The notes under the pieces were generated by a model. That model was not told the DNA's origin. It saw nothing but the letters and a program-made list of their open reading frames with translations, and did no database searches. A stretch of DNA of 64,000 nt from Pirellulales bacterium (GTDB lineage Bacteria > Planctomycetota > Planctomycetia > Pirellulales > PALSA-1355), in the NCBI GenBank assembly GCA_963733035.1, contig CAVTBU010000005.1, forward strand, positions 32,001 through 96,000, given 5' to 3'. Below, one piece after another: positions 10,234 through 19,858 of the stretch. Both the position numbers and the translations under genes were made by a program. Within the stretch, counting starts at the first letter, position 1, and each line of letters starts with the position of its first letter.

Positions 10234-10447
10234 ACCAGTGCGAAAATGGTGAGGCCACTATTTCTTGATATGCGATTTGGGCGAATACCGTACGTGACCA
10301 CATTGCTGAAGCAACTCGACTCATCCGACACGGCGGCGCACTGACGCGACTCGGCTTCTGACCCACGCACACAGTAGTTTGTCGGCATTCTCCGAGGTCC
10401 AGAGCTTGTTCGATCCGTTCCAATAAGGACACTTGGAGTAGTCGGCA

Positions 10448-11251
10448 ATGAATCGAGACAAAGAACGCTTCTACCACGCCCAAGCCGCAAAGCTAGATCG
10501 GAGACGCAAATGGCAATGTATGGTGGTTTTTCCCCTAGTCGCCCGATTTGGCGATCTTGTGCGTATTGAGCTCGAATACCAACACGGCAGATTCAAAATC
10601 GATTTGTATATTCCGGCGCTGAAGCTTGCGGTTGAAGTTGACGAGCCATTTCATAGCCGACAAGAGGAAGCCGATGCACGGCGGATGACATGCATCGAAT
10701 CGGAACTCGGCTGCGAGTTTACCCGTATAAAAGTCAATAATGTAGCCGGTGTCTATGGCCAACTCGACGACCTCTGCCAGGAGATTGAGCGACGGCTAGC
10801 TGAGCTCTCCTTGGAAACGTGGCAACTTCCAACTCGCAGCCGAATCCGTCGTGAGTCCTCGTCAGCCGGCTACAGCGACGGAAACCTCCACGAGCTAGAA
10901 CAAAGCGGGATTCCAGCTCGTGTCAGCGAGATGAGACTAGACCTGGAGTCTCTCCAAATCGACGTGATTGACGACTTGGGGCCTGTAATCCCCGGAAACG
11001 GCGAGCTCGGATTTTCGGTCGCCATGCCGGGAATTAAGTTCTGCATTAGCATTAGGTCAAACGGCCAGGCGAAAGTTCTGGTGACTGACTACTTGGAGCC
11101 AGCTCTGAAATCGTTGGGAATCACACTAGACGGACCCAAGAAAGGGCGGGTGCCATATTGGGTAATCAACGAGCTTCGTGGCCGATTCGACATCGAGGTG
11201 CTCACAGGCCGGCTGGCAACATTTCATCAAATACTGCAAGACTCGCTGTGA
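10448..11251 (+). CDS. PvuRts1I/AbaSI- or DUF559-like endonuclease
   Basis: IDLYIPALKLAVEVDEPFH...DARR motif; C-terminal half not recognised. Confidence 0.6.
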   Translation: MNRDKERFYHAQAAKLDRRRKWQCMVVFPLVARFGDLVRIELEYQHGRFKIDLYIPALKLAVEVDEPFHSRQEEADARRMTCIESELGCEFTRIKVNNVAGVYGQLDDLCQEIERRLAELSLETWQLPTRSRIRRESSSAGYSDGNLHELEQSGIPARVSEMRLDLESLQIDVIDDLGPVIPGNGELGFSVAMPGIKFCISIRSNGQAKVLVTDYLEPALKSLGITLDGPKKGRVPYWVINELRGRFDIEVLTGRLATFHQILQDSL

Positions 11252-11339
11252 CCAGTCCACCAAATGCGCCACGAGAACCATCATGGATTCGCAACTGTAG
11301 GCAACGTGCGAAAGTGCGTACAAAAAGACGTTTCCAATC

Positions 11340-11640
11340 GGCCGGGGGAACGTCGAGGTCATCACGGCCGGCACGAACGACGGCCTGGAGCTGCCCGTGT
11401 GGCTTCGCGCGTCAATCGTCCGCCGCCAGGCGTAGAACGCGGACTCGGTCAGCCGCTCACGCTTGCAAAACGCCCGGACACTTAACCCGCTCGCCACAAA
11501 GCGCCTGAGCATGTCGCGCCAAAACCGTTCCTTGCTGGCATCCCGTCGCATGTTCGCCATCGACCACCTCCAAAGTTGAGGTAGCCCCAGCTTGACCGGC
11601 TACGCCCACCGGCAGAAGATGCGGTTGGCGGAACGGACAC
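11340..11640 (-). mobile_element. IS66 left-end remnant with truncated tnpA
   Basis: GTGTCCGTTCCG terminus at 11640; tnpA highly similar to 15434-15769. Confidence 0.85.
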
Positions 11641-11689
11641 GTTTTAGTCGTGAGCAAACCGGAGTCGCATTAAGCACAAAAGGGCATTA

Positions 11690-12358
11690 ATGATGTGCGC
11701 TCGTAGAAATCCCGACTCACATCCACGACTTATCGGACCAACGGGCACGTTCGAGTCAACGGCACCGACATGGCGAGGCAATTATCCCAAAGGGCTGACT
11801 CCAGACGAGTTCCTAGTCGCCCAGTCAATTCGGTCACAGATGTGGGCTACAGGATGCCGAGTTGCGGACATAGTTGAGGCGTTGGAGAGATTTGTCGGAA
11901 CCGCTCGCCCAAGTTGCCGAGCGACGCACCAAAGCTTTTCCCAGTTGGCCGAAGCTGAACTACATCGACTCATAGCTAATCACTGGAAGTCCTTGAAATG
12001 GCACCGGCAACTAACGCTTGAGCGGGAATTCGTTTTCATCAGCGACAACGAGTGGATCGATTTTATCGCTACTGATCCACAACATAACGTCGTGTGCCTG
12101 ATTCTTTTGCAGCAGAACACTGAAGATACGCAAGTCGCAGAGAGACTGGCCTCGATTGTCACTTTGAGCCAAGAGCTCACCCCACAGAGCTTAACTATCG
12201 AGGGCGTCATAATTGCCTGCTCCAGTGGAGCGTCGTCATTGCGAAATCGAGCGAATGAATTTGGACTTCGACTCTTTACAATTGAGATAGAGGCTCTCCG
12301 GCACATCCACGTGAGAGATGAAAAAAGAATTAAGGTGCGGGTTCGTGCGGTTCGGTGA
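11690..12358 (+). CDS. Hypothetical protein with a degenerate NucS-like PD-(D/E)XK fold
   Basis: EAELHRLI...LEREF...IDFIATD...EGVIIA pattern, but no ExK. Confidence 0.4.
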   Translation: MMCARRNPDSHPRLIGPTGTFESTAPTWRGNYPKGLTPDEFLVAQSIRSQMWATGCRVADIVEALERFVGTARPSCRATHQSFSQLAEAELHRLIANHWKSLKWHRQLTLEREFVFISDNEWIDFIATDPQHNVVCLILLQQNTEDTQVAERLASIVTLSQELTPQSLTIEGVIIACSSGASSLRNRANEFGLRLFTIEIEALRHIHVRDEKRIKVRVRAVR

Positions 12359-12739
12359 GCAGCCCCATTACGCCGGGCCAGCCACTGACAAAGATTCGTT
12401 GGGCAATGACCTTGCCCCTAAGTTTGATCCACTTGGAACGCTAGAGAAACAAGGTTTTCAAGGGGGGCATGCCCCCCTTGAAAAATTCGCGAACTCGACC
12501 GGCGATCGGTCTCCCAGCGCACTGTGGGGCCGATGCTGGTTGTAATCTTTCCGCCAGGCCTCGATCACGTCCTGGGCGTCTTCGAGCGACAAGAACCAGT
12601 GCTGGTTCAAGCACTCTTGCCGGAACTTCCCATTGAACGATTCGATGAACGCGTTGTCCGTGGGCTTGCCCGGCCGGCTGAAGTCGAGCTTCACGCCGTT
12701 GAAGTAGGCCCACCAATCCAATGACTTCGAGACAAACTC

Positions 12740-13198
12740 GTGTCCGTTCCGCGGACCACAGCCACACGCCCGCTCGGGGCCCGTGGGCCGGTAAGCGGTC
12801 GAGATTTTGACCCCGCGAACGCAGGCGGCGCGATCCGGAATCTGACGACGGATCGTATTCGGATCACACATCGCGGCGTCGATTACGCCGAGGGCCACTT
12901 GTCTCGCTTCGGGGCTGATGCCCCCAATCAGGCGATGGTTCAGCGGCTCAGAGGCATCGCAGATGGCAAGATTCGACCGACACAAGCGGACCTGAACTTC
13001 TACAGCCACGAGTTGCGAGAGTCGGTGCGATACCGCAATCTCGGCTATCGAACTGGTCAGCCACCAGGAGAAGCCGGATGGGATCTTTGGAACAACGCGC
13101 ACTCCGCTACACTAGAAGATTATCGGCTTCCCGATTTCGATGTGAATGGCAGTCGAACGTTGTACCATCCAGATACTTGGCACTTGTTCGAACAGTAG
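12740..13198 (+). CDS. Polymorphic toxin C-terminal domain, pyocin S3/Rhs-type putative DNase (orphan tip)
   Basis: GPVSGRDFDPANAGG, FYSHELRE and WNNAHSATLEDY motifs; frame opens at the first base of the IS66 terminus. Confidence 0.72.
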   Translation: MSVPRTTATRPLGARGPVSGRDFDPANAGGAIRNLTTDRIRITHRGVDYAEGHLSRFGADAPNQAMVQRLRGIADGKIRPTQADLNFYSHELRESVRYRNLGYRTGQPPGEAGWDLWNNAHSATLEDYRLPDFDVNGSRTLYHPDTWHLFEQ

Positions 13199-13209
13199 TG
13201 AGATTCTCG

Positions 13210-13467
13210 ATGGATAAGTTTCATGAGCAGCTATTGCGATCTATTGGTAAACACGACGGAGAGTGGACGTGGTACCAACTGGACCGCGTAATCAATTCCG
13301 CTGAATTACCGAACGGGACGAATCTCATGACCCTGTTGAAGGAGTTGAAGTCCGCCGGGTTGATCAAGGAAGGACCTGGTCCGAACTCGTCTCAACCAAC
13401 CTATTTCATCACGGCCGACGGCGTGGCCGTCCTTCAGGGAGTCGACGCCAACACTGAATCAGAGTGA
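13210..13467 (+). CDS. Putative immunity protein (small, winged-helix-like)
   Basis: 85 aa, starts 11 bp after the toxin stop; DGEWTWYQLDR...LIKEGPGPNSSQPTYFIT. Confidence 0.6.
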   Translation: MDKFHEQLLRSIGKHDGEWTWYQLDRVINSAELPNGTNLMTLLKELKSAGLIKEGPGPNSSQPTYFITADGVAVLQGVDANTESE

Positions 13468-13480
13468 ACAGCGAACCGGA

Positions 13481-15054
13481 TCAGTTCGTAGTCAACTCCG
13501 CTTCAGCTTCCTGTTTCCACACGTGGGGCAGGAACTGATCGAGTTCGTTGGCTGGCGTCGTGCCAATCTTGGCCAGGACGCTTGTGAGATAGCGCTGCGG
13601 GTCGACGCCGTGCCGCTCGGCACTGGCGATTAGTGACCAGAGCCGCGCGTGGTTCTCACCCGCCGCGTCGTTGCCAGCGAAGAGCCAGTTCTTGCGGCCG
13701 ATGGCCACGCGATTGAGCCCCGCTCGCTGGCGTTGTTATCGATATTGAGGAAGCCTTGCGTGGTGTACGTCGTGAGCGGCGTCCACTGGTTCCTGGCGTA
13801 AGTGATCGCCGTGGCCGTTGGGCTGCGCGGCAGCACGACTCCTTGTTCGGCGTCGAGCCAGGTCTTGATGCGCGCGAGCACCGGCAGGCTCCGCTCCTGG
13901 CGTAGAGTTAGTCGTGTGGCGGCATCGGCGCCCTTCGCTTCCCGCTCGATCGCGTATAACTCACCGATCAGCGCAAGCATCTGCGCGGCGCGTTGTTCAT
14001 CCGAGTCCTGAGCATCGTAGAACTTGCGGCGCGCATGTGCCCAGCAAGCGACTTCCGTCACGTTCTGCGAATGAAAGATGCCGTCGTATCCGCCGTAAGC
14101 GTCCGCTTGCAGGTAGCCGGTGAAGTTCTTTAGCCACTTTGCCGGGCCGTCGCGACTGCGGCTCGGCGTGTAGTCGTACACGGTGTACGGGTTGGCCTCG
14201 TCGCCCAGGTAGCACCAGATGCGGCCCTTGCGGCATTGCTTCTGACCGGGCGACTGGACTGGCACAGTCGTGTCGTCGGTATGAATCACCCGCGATTGCC
14301 GCACGCGCTCAATCATGAGATCAACCAGCGGCGCGACCAACTCGCCGGCACAACGCATCCAGGCGCACATCGTGCTGCGAGCTACATGAACCTTCTGCCG
14401 CTCGAAGATGCGTTCGAGCCGGTAGAGCGGTAAATGGTCCCCCAGCTTACTGGTGATGACGTACGCCAACAGGCTCGGCCCCGGCAGGCCCTTGTCGATC
14501 GGCTGTTGCGGCTTCTCTGCGACGGCAATGTGCGGGTTGTAGCCGTCGTGGTCACACTTGGCACAGGCGTACTTGTGACGCACGTGCCTCAAGACTTTGA
14601 AGCTGGCCGGGAAATATTCCAGTTGCTCGCTAATTTCCGCCCCGATCCGGCAGCGCTCGCAACCGCACGCGGGGCAACGCTTATCGTCGAGGTCGTGCTC
14701 GATCTCGATCCGCTCCAAGTACTCCGGCAGTTGCTGACGACCGTGCTGGTCGCGGTTCTTGATGCGACGAGTGACGAGCCGCTCGCCGGCTTCCTCTTCG
14801 ATGCTTGCCTGGTCGAGCGGAGCGTCTTCAATGCGCCGGCCAAACAGCAAGAGCTGTCGTGGATCGAACGACTCGCTGCGCGGACCGTAATAGCGACGCA
14901 AGATGGCAGCGACCGCCGCCTTAACAGCCTCGTCGATCGCGGCCTGCTGTTCTGCTTTGAAGCGTTCGGCCTCCGCCTCGCGTTGACGACGTTCTTCGAG
15001 AATCAGCCGCTTCAATGCTTCCACATCGTTCGGCAGTTCGTCGGTGCGCGTCAT
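13481..15054 (-). CDS. tnpC: IS66 TnpC transposase, frameshift near 13720
   Basis: CPACG zinc motif, HTDDT, LQADAY, CWAHARRKF and NNASER|AIGRKNWLF. Confidence 0.92.
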
Positions 15055-15107
15055 GCGTCCTGTTGTACCGACTGCCTGCCGGTCGCGCTAGTCCAAGTGA
15101 CGATGAA

Positions 15108-15437
15108 TCAAGCCACGCGAGTCGCCTTGACGTCGAGTCCCGAGAGTAATCGCAACAGTTGCTCGCGCGTGATCTCGATGGCCGGCTTGCCTGTACGCGG
15201 GAACTGGAACTCGCCCCGTTCCAGCCGTTTGTAGTAAATCGCCAGACCATCCCGGTCCCACCACAGAATCTTCACAAGATGCCCGCCTCGGTTGCGGAAC
15301 ACGAACAGGCTGCCCGAGAGCGGATCGTGGCCGAGAAACTCGCGCACCACTTCCGCGAGCCCGTCAAAACTCTTCCGCATGTCGATCGGCGTGGTGGCGA
15401 CCCAGTCCTGCAAGTTCACCAGGTCCGCGGCAATCAT
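15108..15437 (-). CDS. tnpB: IS66 accessory protein TnpB
   Basis: DMRKSFDGL, FVFRNR, KILWWDRDG and YKRLERG motifs. Confidence 0.92.
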   Translation of the reverse strand: MIAADLVNLQDWVATTPIDMRKSFDGLAEVVREFLGHDPLSGSLFVFRNRGGHLVKILWWDRDGLAIYYKRLERGEFQFPRTGKPAIEITREQLLRLLSGLDVKATRVA

Positions 15438-15769
15438 CGCCCGACTCGCGTCTGCAGGGCAATGACTAGATCGGCCAGCTGCTCTGTTGCACTCGGGCCT
15501 GAAAGCCGCAACACGCAGCCGCCGGCAAGGTCGATCGCAATGGACGATTCGCTGCGCGGCGGCGTCGTCATAACGGCCGGCACGAACGCCGGCCCGGCGT
15601 TGCCCGTGCTGCTCCGCTCGCCAATCGTCCGCCGCCAGGCGTAGAACGCGGACTCGGTCAGCCGCTCACGCTTGCAAAATGCCCGGACACTTAACCCGCT
15701 CGCCGCAAAACGCCTGAGAACCTCACGCCAAAAATCCTCCTTCGCCGGGTCTCGTTGATGTCGCGCCAT
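15434..15769 (-). CDS. tnpA: IS66 accessory protein TnpA
   Basis: FWREVL..SGLSVRAFCKRE..FYAWRR HTH. Confidence 0.9.
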   Translation of the reverse strand: MARHQRDPAKEDFWREVLRRFAASGLSVRAFCKRERLTESAFYAWRRTIGERSSTGNAGPAFVPAVMTTPPRSESSIAIDLAGGCVLRLSGPSATEQLADLVIALQTRVGR

Positions 15770-16408
15770 CGCTGACCTCCTGGTTCAGAAAACCAGAAGC
15801 TTGACGCGCCACCGGGTGAGCAAGAAGATGCGGATCACGAAACGGACACACAAACTCCGGTCCGTTGTCCACACGGATCGTCATCGGCAAGCCACGCTCG
15901 GCCGTGACCGTCTCCAAAACCTTCACCACATCGTCGCCGCGGAACCGCTGGGCAGCCCGAGCGGCCAAGCTCTCACGACTAAAGTTATCGACTAACGTCA
16001 GAATCCGAAAGCGCTGGCCTTGGAACAACTGGTCGGCCATGAAGTCCATGCTCCAGCACTCGTTGGTTCCTTGGGCTACCGGCCGCTCCATGCGAACCGC
16101 GCAGCTCTTGCGGCGTTTCGGATTCCTGCGACGCATCAGCAGCCCTTCCTCGACGTACAGGCGATAAACCAGCTTATGATTCACTTGCCAGCCCTCTCGT
16201 CGTAACAACACCGTCAGCCGCCGATGGCCGTAGCGAACCCGACTGGCTGCCAAGTCGCGTAGCCGGATCCTCAGTGCAGCCCGCTCGTCGCGCACACTCT
16301 GGTAACGATGACTCGAACGTGGAGCCCGCAGCACTTCGCAAGCTCGTCGTTCGCTCACCCGGTAGCCCACTTGCAGCTTCTCCACCACAACGCTTCGCCG
16401 AGCGGGCT

Positions 16409-16675
16409 TCAGACGTTTTTTGAATGCACGTCCTGGAGCATCTTCTTGTCCAAGCTCAGGTCGGCCACCAACTGCTTCAGCTTGCGGTTCTCTTCCTCCA
16501 GCTGCTTCAGCCGTCGCAGCTCGGCAATCCCCAGCCCGGCGTACTTCTTCTTCCAGCGGTAGAACGTCTGCTCGCTGATCCCCAGCTTGCGGATGATCTC
16601 CGCCACGGCCGTCCCACCCTCATGCTGCCGCAGCGCAAACGCGATCTGCTCTTCGGTAAAATGCTTCCTGCCCAT
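16409..16675 (-). CDS. IS3 OrfA
   Basis: FTEEQI..GISEQTFYRWKKKY..LEEENRKLKQLVADLSLD. Confidence 0.92.
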   Translation of the reverse strand: MGRKHFTEEQIAFALRQHEGGTAVAEIIRKLGISEQTFYRWKKKYAGLGIAELRRLKQLEEENRKLKQLVADLSLDKKMLQDVHSKNV

Positions 16676-16757
16676 GGTCCTAAATCCTCCTCGTCAAAAT
16701 GCCAGATTCTAGAAAAATCTAACATCCCTCGCGGATCAGGAAATGGGGTGAAGGTCA

Positions 16758-17203
16758 GTCGTCGAACGCCCCCCAATACAACACAAGGAAGCGCTGAACT
16801 GCCGAAAACGTTGACGACCAATTTGCGCATCGTCGTGGTAGATGACAATCAGGACTCAGCGAACAGTCTCGGGATGTTACTGCGGATCATGGGCAGTGAA
16901 GTTCAAATCGCTCATGATGGCGAAGAAGCCGTGAAAGTCGCCGAAGAGTTCCAGCCTGATGTTGTGTTTCTTGACATCGGACTGCCAAAGATGAATGGCT
17001 ATGAAGCTGCTCGGAGAATCCGTGAACAAGCAAATGGAAAGAAGACTGTGCTGATAGCCCTAACAGGGTGGGGCCAGCACGAAGACAAACGCCAAGCACG
17101 TGAGGCGGGGTTCGACCTACATATGGTCAAACCAGTTGACCCTACCTCGTTAACGAACATTCTCGCTGATCTTCACACGACGAAATGTTCGACTTCAGTA
17201 TAG
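16758..17203 (+). pseudogene. Receiver-domain tail of a hybrid sensor kinase, 5'-truncated by the IS3
   Basis: VVDDN, FLDIGLPKMNG, ALTGWG and HMVKP motifs; no native start. Confidence 0.8.
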
Positions 17204-17212
17204 ATCGTAGCG

Positions 17213-17707
17213 TTGATCTGCCTGTCTCGCTCAGCGTCCTGCCTTATCGATTGTGAAGGATCGTGCTGGAATTCAACGCCTAAACCCCCATCGATCTTGT
17301 GTTTGGCAACGACAATCGGAACCACGAAGCCGAGCACTTCGAAATTCCCACTCAGTTCCTCGGTGCTCCACACCCGACGATGCTGGGCTTCCAGGGCTTC
17401 ACGGCTTCCAGGGCTTCACGGCTGCCAGGCTGGACGTCGTGCGGATGGCGTGGTGTGGGTTGCCAACCTTACTGACGACAAAATCCCGCCAGCGATCCAC
17501 TCCCACCAGGACAAGCTGGTGTTGTTCGTCGCCAACGATCCAACGCCACCGCCTGCGGACACCTCCACTCACCAGGGCGTGACGCTCCAAGTGGACCGTG
17601 AGATGTCTGACCAGGAATTCCACGACGCAGTTATGGCGATCCCCAGTCCGCCGCCGAATTGCCGATTGCGGGATGACGGCTCAATCGAGTGGACAGGAAA
17701 GCCGTAA
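17213..17707 (+). CDS. Hypothetical protein, probably a fragment
   Basis: ORF containing a 17-bp tandem duplication. Confidence 0.3.
   Translation: MICLSRSASCLIDCEGSCWNSTPKPPSILCLATTIGTTKPSTSKFPLSSSVLHTRRCWASRASRLPGLHGCQAGRRADGVVWVANLTDDKIPPAIHSHQDKLVLFVANDPTPPPADTSTHQGVTLQVDREMSDQEFHDAVMAIPSPPPNCRLRDDGSIEWTGKP
17386..17419 (+). repeat. 17-bp tandem duplication
   Basis: GGCTTCCAGGGCTTCAC twice, followed by a partial third copy. Confidence 0.85.
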
Positions 17708-17885
17708 ATAGCTTTCACAAAACCAGTTATAGTGGGAAGTACCAAATCTTGCAAAAATTTTCTTTTCTGGCGTCCGCTTGGTTGCAATTTCGCTCCTATT
17801 CTAGTGGGAGCAAGTCGAGTGCCCAGCCGAACGTTTCGTCGCCGCAGATTGTGAGCCAAATGATTCCGCCCGGAGGAAAGCCCTA

Positions 17886-19037
17886 ATGACCCGGAAAATC
17901 CAAGTTGCGATAGTCTCCGCCACCATTCTGATTGCAATTCACGCACGTGCAAGGGCTAATTTTTACACCGTAGGTCCAGGTTACGGGAGCAACAATCCTG
18001 CACCGTCGAGCGGGCCCTATTACCCGGTATCAATCGTCAGCAACAGCGACCTTCCCCAAGGTCAGTTTGTCGATAACTTCGATACTGGTCTCATCCCATT
18101 GAGTCAGGTGGTCTCTCTCCCCGACTTTGGTCTTCACGCTTACGAGTCGACTTACGACGGAGGAAGTGTGAACGCCGATGGTAGCCCGTACGGGGGTGGT
18201 CCTGGTGGATACTACACACTAGGTTTGAGAGACGCCTATGTAAAACAAGTCGGTAATCAAGTCACGGTCTACGCCCCATATTTTCAAAACGTCGTATTTG
18301 TAACCGCAAGGGATTACACAACTGATGATGTCCATTTGATACCGCCTCCCCTTTCCTACTTCGGCGGCACCGACGTAGCCGATTACCAAATTACACGAGA
18401 CTTGGCACAAGCAGGACATATGCCAAACGGCTGGGACTTTCAAACCATTGATGGTGTCGCTTTACTCTCCCAGACTTATACTGATTCAAACGGGACGCAA
18501 TACTTAAGGGGGGTAAGTACCGATATTCTTCCGGATGCTCAAGAAATTGTTACCACTCATGTTTTTTTCGACGACCACAACCTTAATCCGTCTGACACCG
18601 AATGGGTCAATATGAACGGCGACTTAGTTGCCGCAAATTCCAATGATTTACTGCTGGGGAATTTCAGCGCACCTATCCTCACTGAAACGGGGCAGCAACT
18701 TACAGGTGTGGTGCCAGTGTGGACAGGACTCACTGCCCCGTATACCGTCGGCACCGGTATTCAATCTTACGTCCGTGCTGACGGCACCTACAATGCGAGC
18801 GGCTGGACCGATCCATACACCAGCTCTGCCGCCATCGGAAATCTAAACGGCCAAGGCACAGAGTGGATTAACCATGGCACACAAGCTGCTTATGATGTGG
18901 CCAAGCTATATGGTCTCACACGGGCCATGGCTGGTTATGCTCCCTTGCTGGTATACACCGTTCCCGAACCAAGCACATTCGTGCTGGCGATCCTCGCATG
19001 CGCATCCCTATTCTGGTGCCGAAATCGGCGGAATTAA
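17886..19037 (+). CDS. PEP-CTERM sorting-domain secreted protein
   Basis: Signal peptide; C-terminal VPEPST, TM helix and RNRRN. Confidence 0.9.
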   Translation: MTRKIQVAIVSATILIAIHARARANFYTVGPGYGSNNPAPSSGPYYPVSIVSNSDLPQGQFVDNFDTGLIPLSQVVSLPDFGLHAYESTYDGGSVNADGSPYGGGPGGYYTLGLRDAYVKQVGNQVTVYAPYFQNVVFVTARDYTTDDVHLIPPPLSYFGGTDVADYQITRDLAQAGHMPNGWDFQTIDGVALLSQTYTDSNGTQYLRGVSTDILPDAQEIVTTHVFFDDHNLNPSDTEWVNMNGDLVAANSNDLLLGNFSAPILTETGQQLTGVVPVWTGLTAPYTVGTGIQSYVRADGTYNASGWTDPYTSSAAIGNLNGQGTEWINHGTQAAYDVAKLYGLTRAMAGYAPLLVYTVPEPSTFVLAILACASLFWCRNRRN

Positions 19038-19172
19038 TCGCCCGTCGCTCTCAACAATCCGTCCGCATTGTCGGGCGGCAAGAGTTGTTGCGTAGACCCG
19101 ATATTGGGTTGGTCATCATCTGGCGTGTACGCCGTCCCGTCGCCGTATAATCCGTGCAAATACGGTGCGACC

Positions 19173-19213
19173 AGCGATGGATGCTAAACGCAAGGCGTTT
19201 AGCGTCCATCGCT
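19173..19213. repeat. 19-bp inverted repeat (hairpin)
   Basis: AGCGATGGATGCTAAACGC-AAG-GCGTTTAGCGTCCATCGCT, one wobble position. Confidence 0.85.
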
Positions 19214-19231
19214 TCCACGGAAATCGAAGTC

Positions 19232-19262
19232 GGATTCAAAATCCAGTGCCCGCAAGGGCGTG
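19232..19262 (+). other. tRNA-Leu(CAA)-like fragment, probable att remnant
   Basis: GGA-TTCAAAA-TCC anticodon arm followed by the long variable arm GCCC-GCAA-GGGC; lies just 3' of integrase 3. Confidence 0.6.
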
Positions 19263-19336
19263 GCAGGGCAAATTGGCTTTGCTCACGTAGTCTACTCCCT
19301 TCTAAATGGACTCAGATACGACGTATTTCAGAACGG

Positions 19337-19858
19337 TCAGTAACTCAATCTCTCCACGCCTTCAGCTAACTGCTCGCCGCCTCGCTGCGAGTAGCGGCTT
19401 GTGGTTTGTAGATTGTGGTGACCGAGAATCTGAGCCAGACTCACCAAGTCATTTGCGTTGTCCGCAAGGAATTGCTTCGCCATCGTGTGTCGAAAGACGT
19501 GCGGGTGCAGGCGCACGCCAATCAGCGCCGAATACTTTCGACTTAACGCACGCACACCGTCGTCCGTCAATGGTCCCCTCTCGCCAACAAAGACTGTCAT
19601 CGACTCGACCGCTGGCCGAGAATCCAAATAAATCTGCATTGCCCGACGAGCCGGCAGCGGAAGTGGCACCGCTCGCTGCTTGTTTCCCTTTCCGTGGCGA
19701 AATACCACCGAACCATTTCGTTCTCCAATCTGAATGTCGGACAGCTCCAGATTCACAATGTCGCTGACCCGACAGCCCGTGTAGAGCATCAAACTAAAGA
19801 TCGCCCCGGCTCGAATGTCGTGCCGCAATTCAATCTCTCGCAACAATCGCCGACGCTC
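19337..19858 (-). pseudogene. Tyrosine recombinase C-terminal fragment (integrase 3)
   Basis: Paralogous to 1783-2628 from RRLLREIEL to the stop; N-terminus absent. Confidence 0.88.

Larger units (their letters stand above)
12740..15849 (-). mobile_element. IS66-family element carrying passenger genes
   Basis: Termini GTGTCCGTT; 8-bp TSD ACAAACTC at 12732-12739 and 15850-15857; tnpA, tnpB and tnpC present. Confidence 0.93.
12441..16388 (-). pseudogene. IS3 OrfB (DDE) split into 15850-16388 and 12441-12739
   Basis: WSMDF and VDNGPEF on one side; KPTDNAFIESFNG and RPHSALG on the other. Confidence 0.88.
12407..16757 (-). mobile_element. IS3-family element interrupted by an IS66
   Basis: IRs TGACCTTGCCCC / TGACCTTCACCCC; orfB split at DNGPEFV|SKSLDWW; no matching TSD, consistent with an adjacent deletion. 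Confidence 0.9.

Noticed and set aside
10411..10421. Right end of the IS66 remnant, which would make the AbaSI-like gene a passenger
   Set aside because: GATCCGTTCC only partly matches GTGTCCGTTCC, and the flanks give no 8-bp TSD.
16424..17203. 259-aa response regulator
   Set aside because: The first ~110 aa are antisense IS3 sequence; only the receiver remnant is real.
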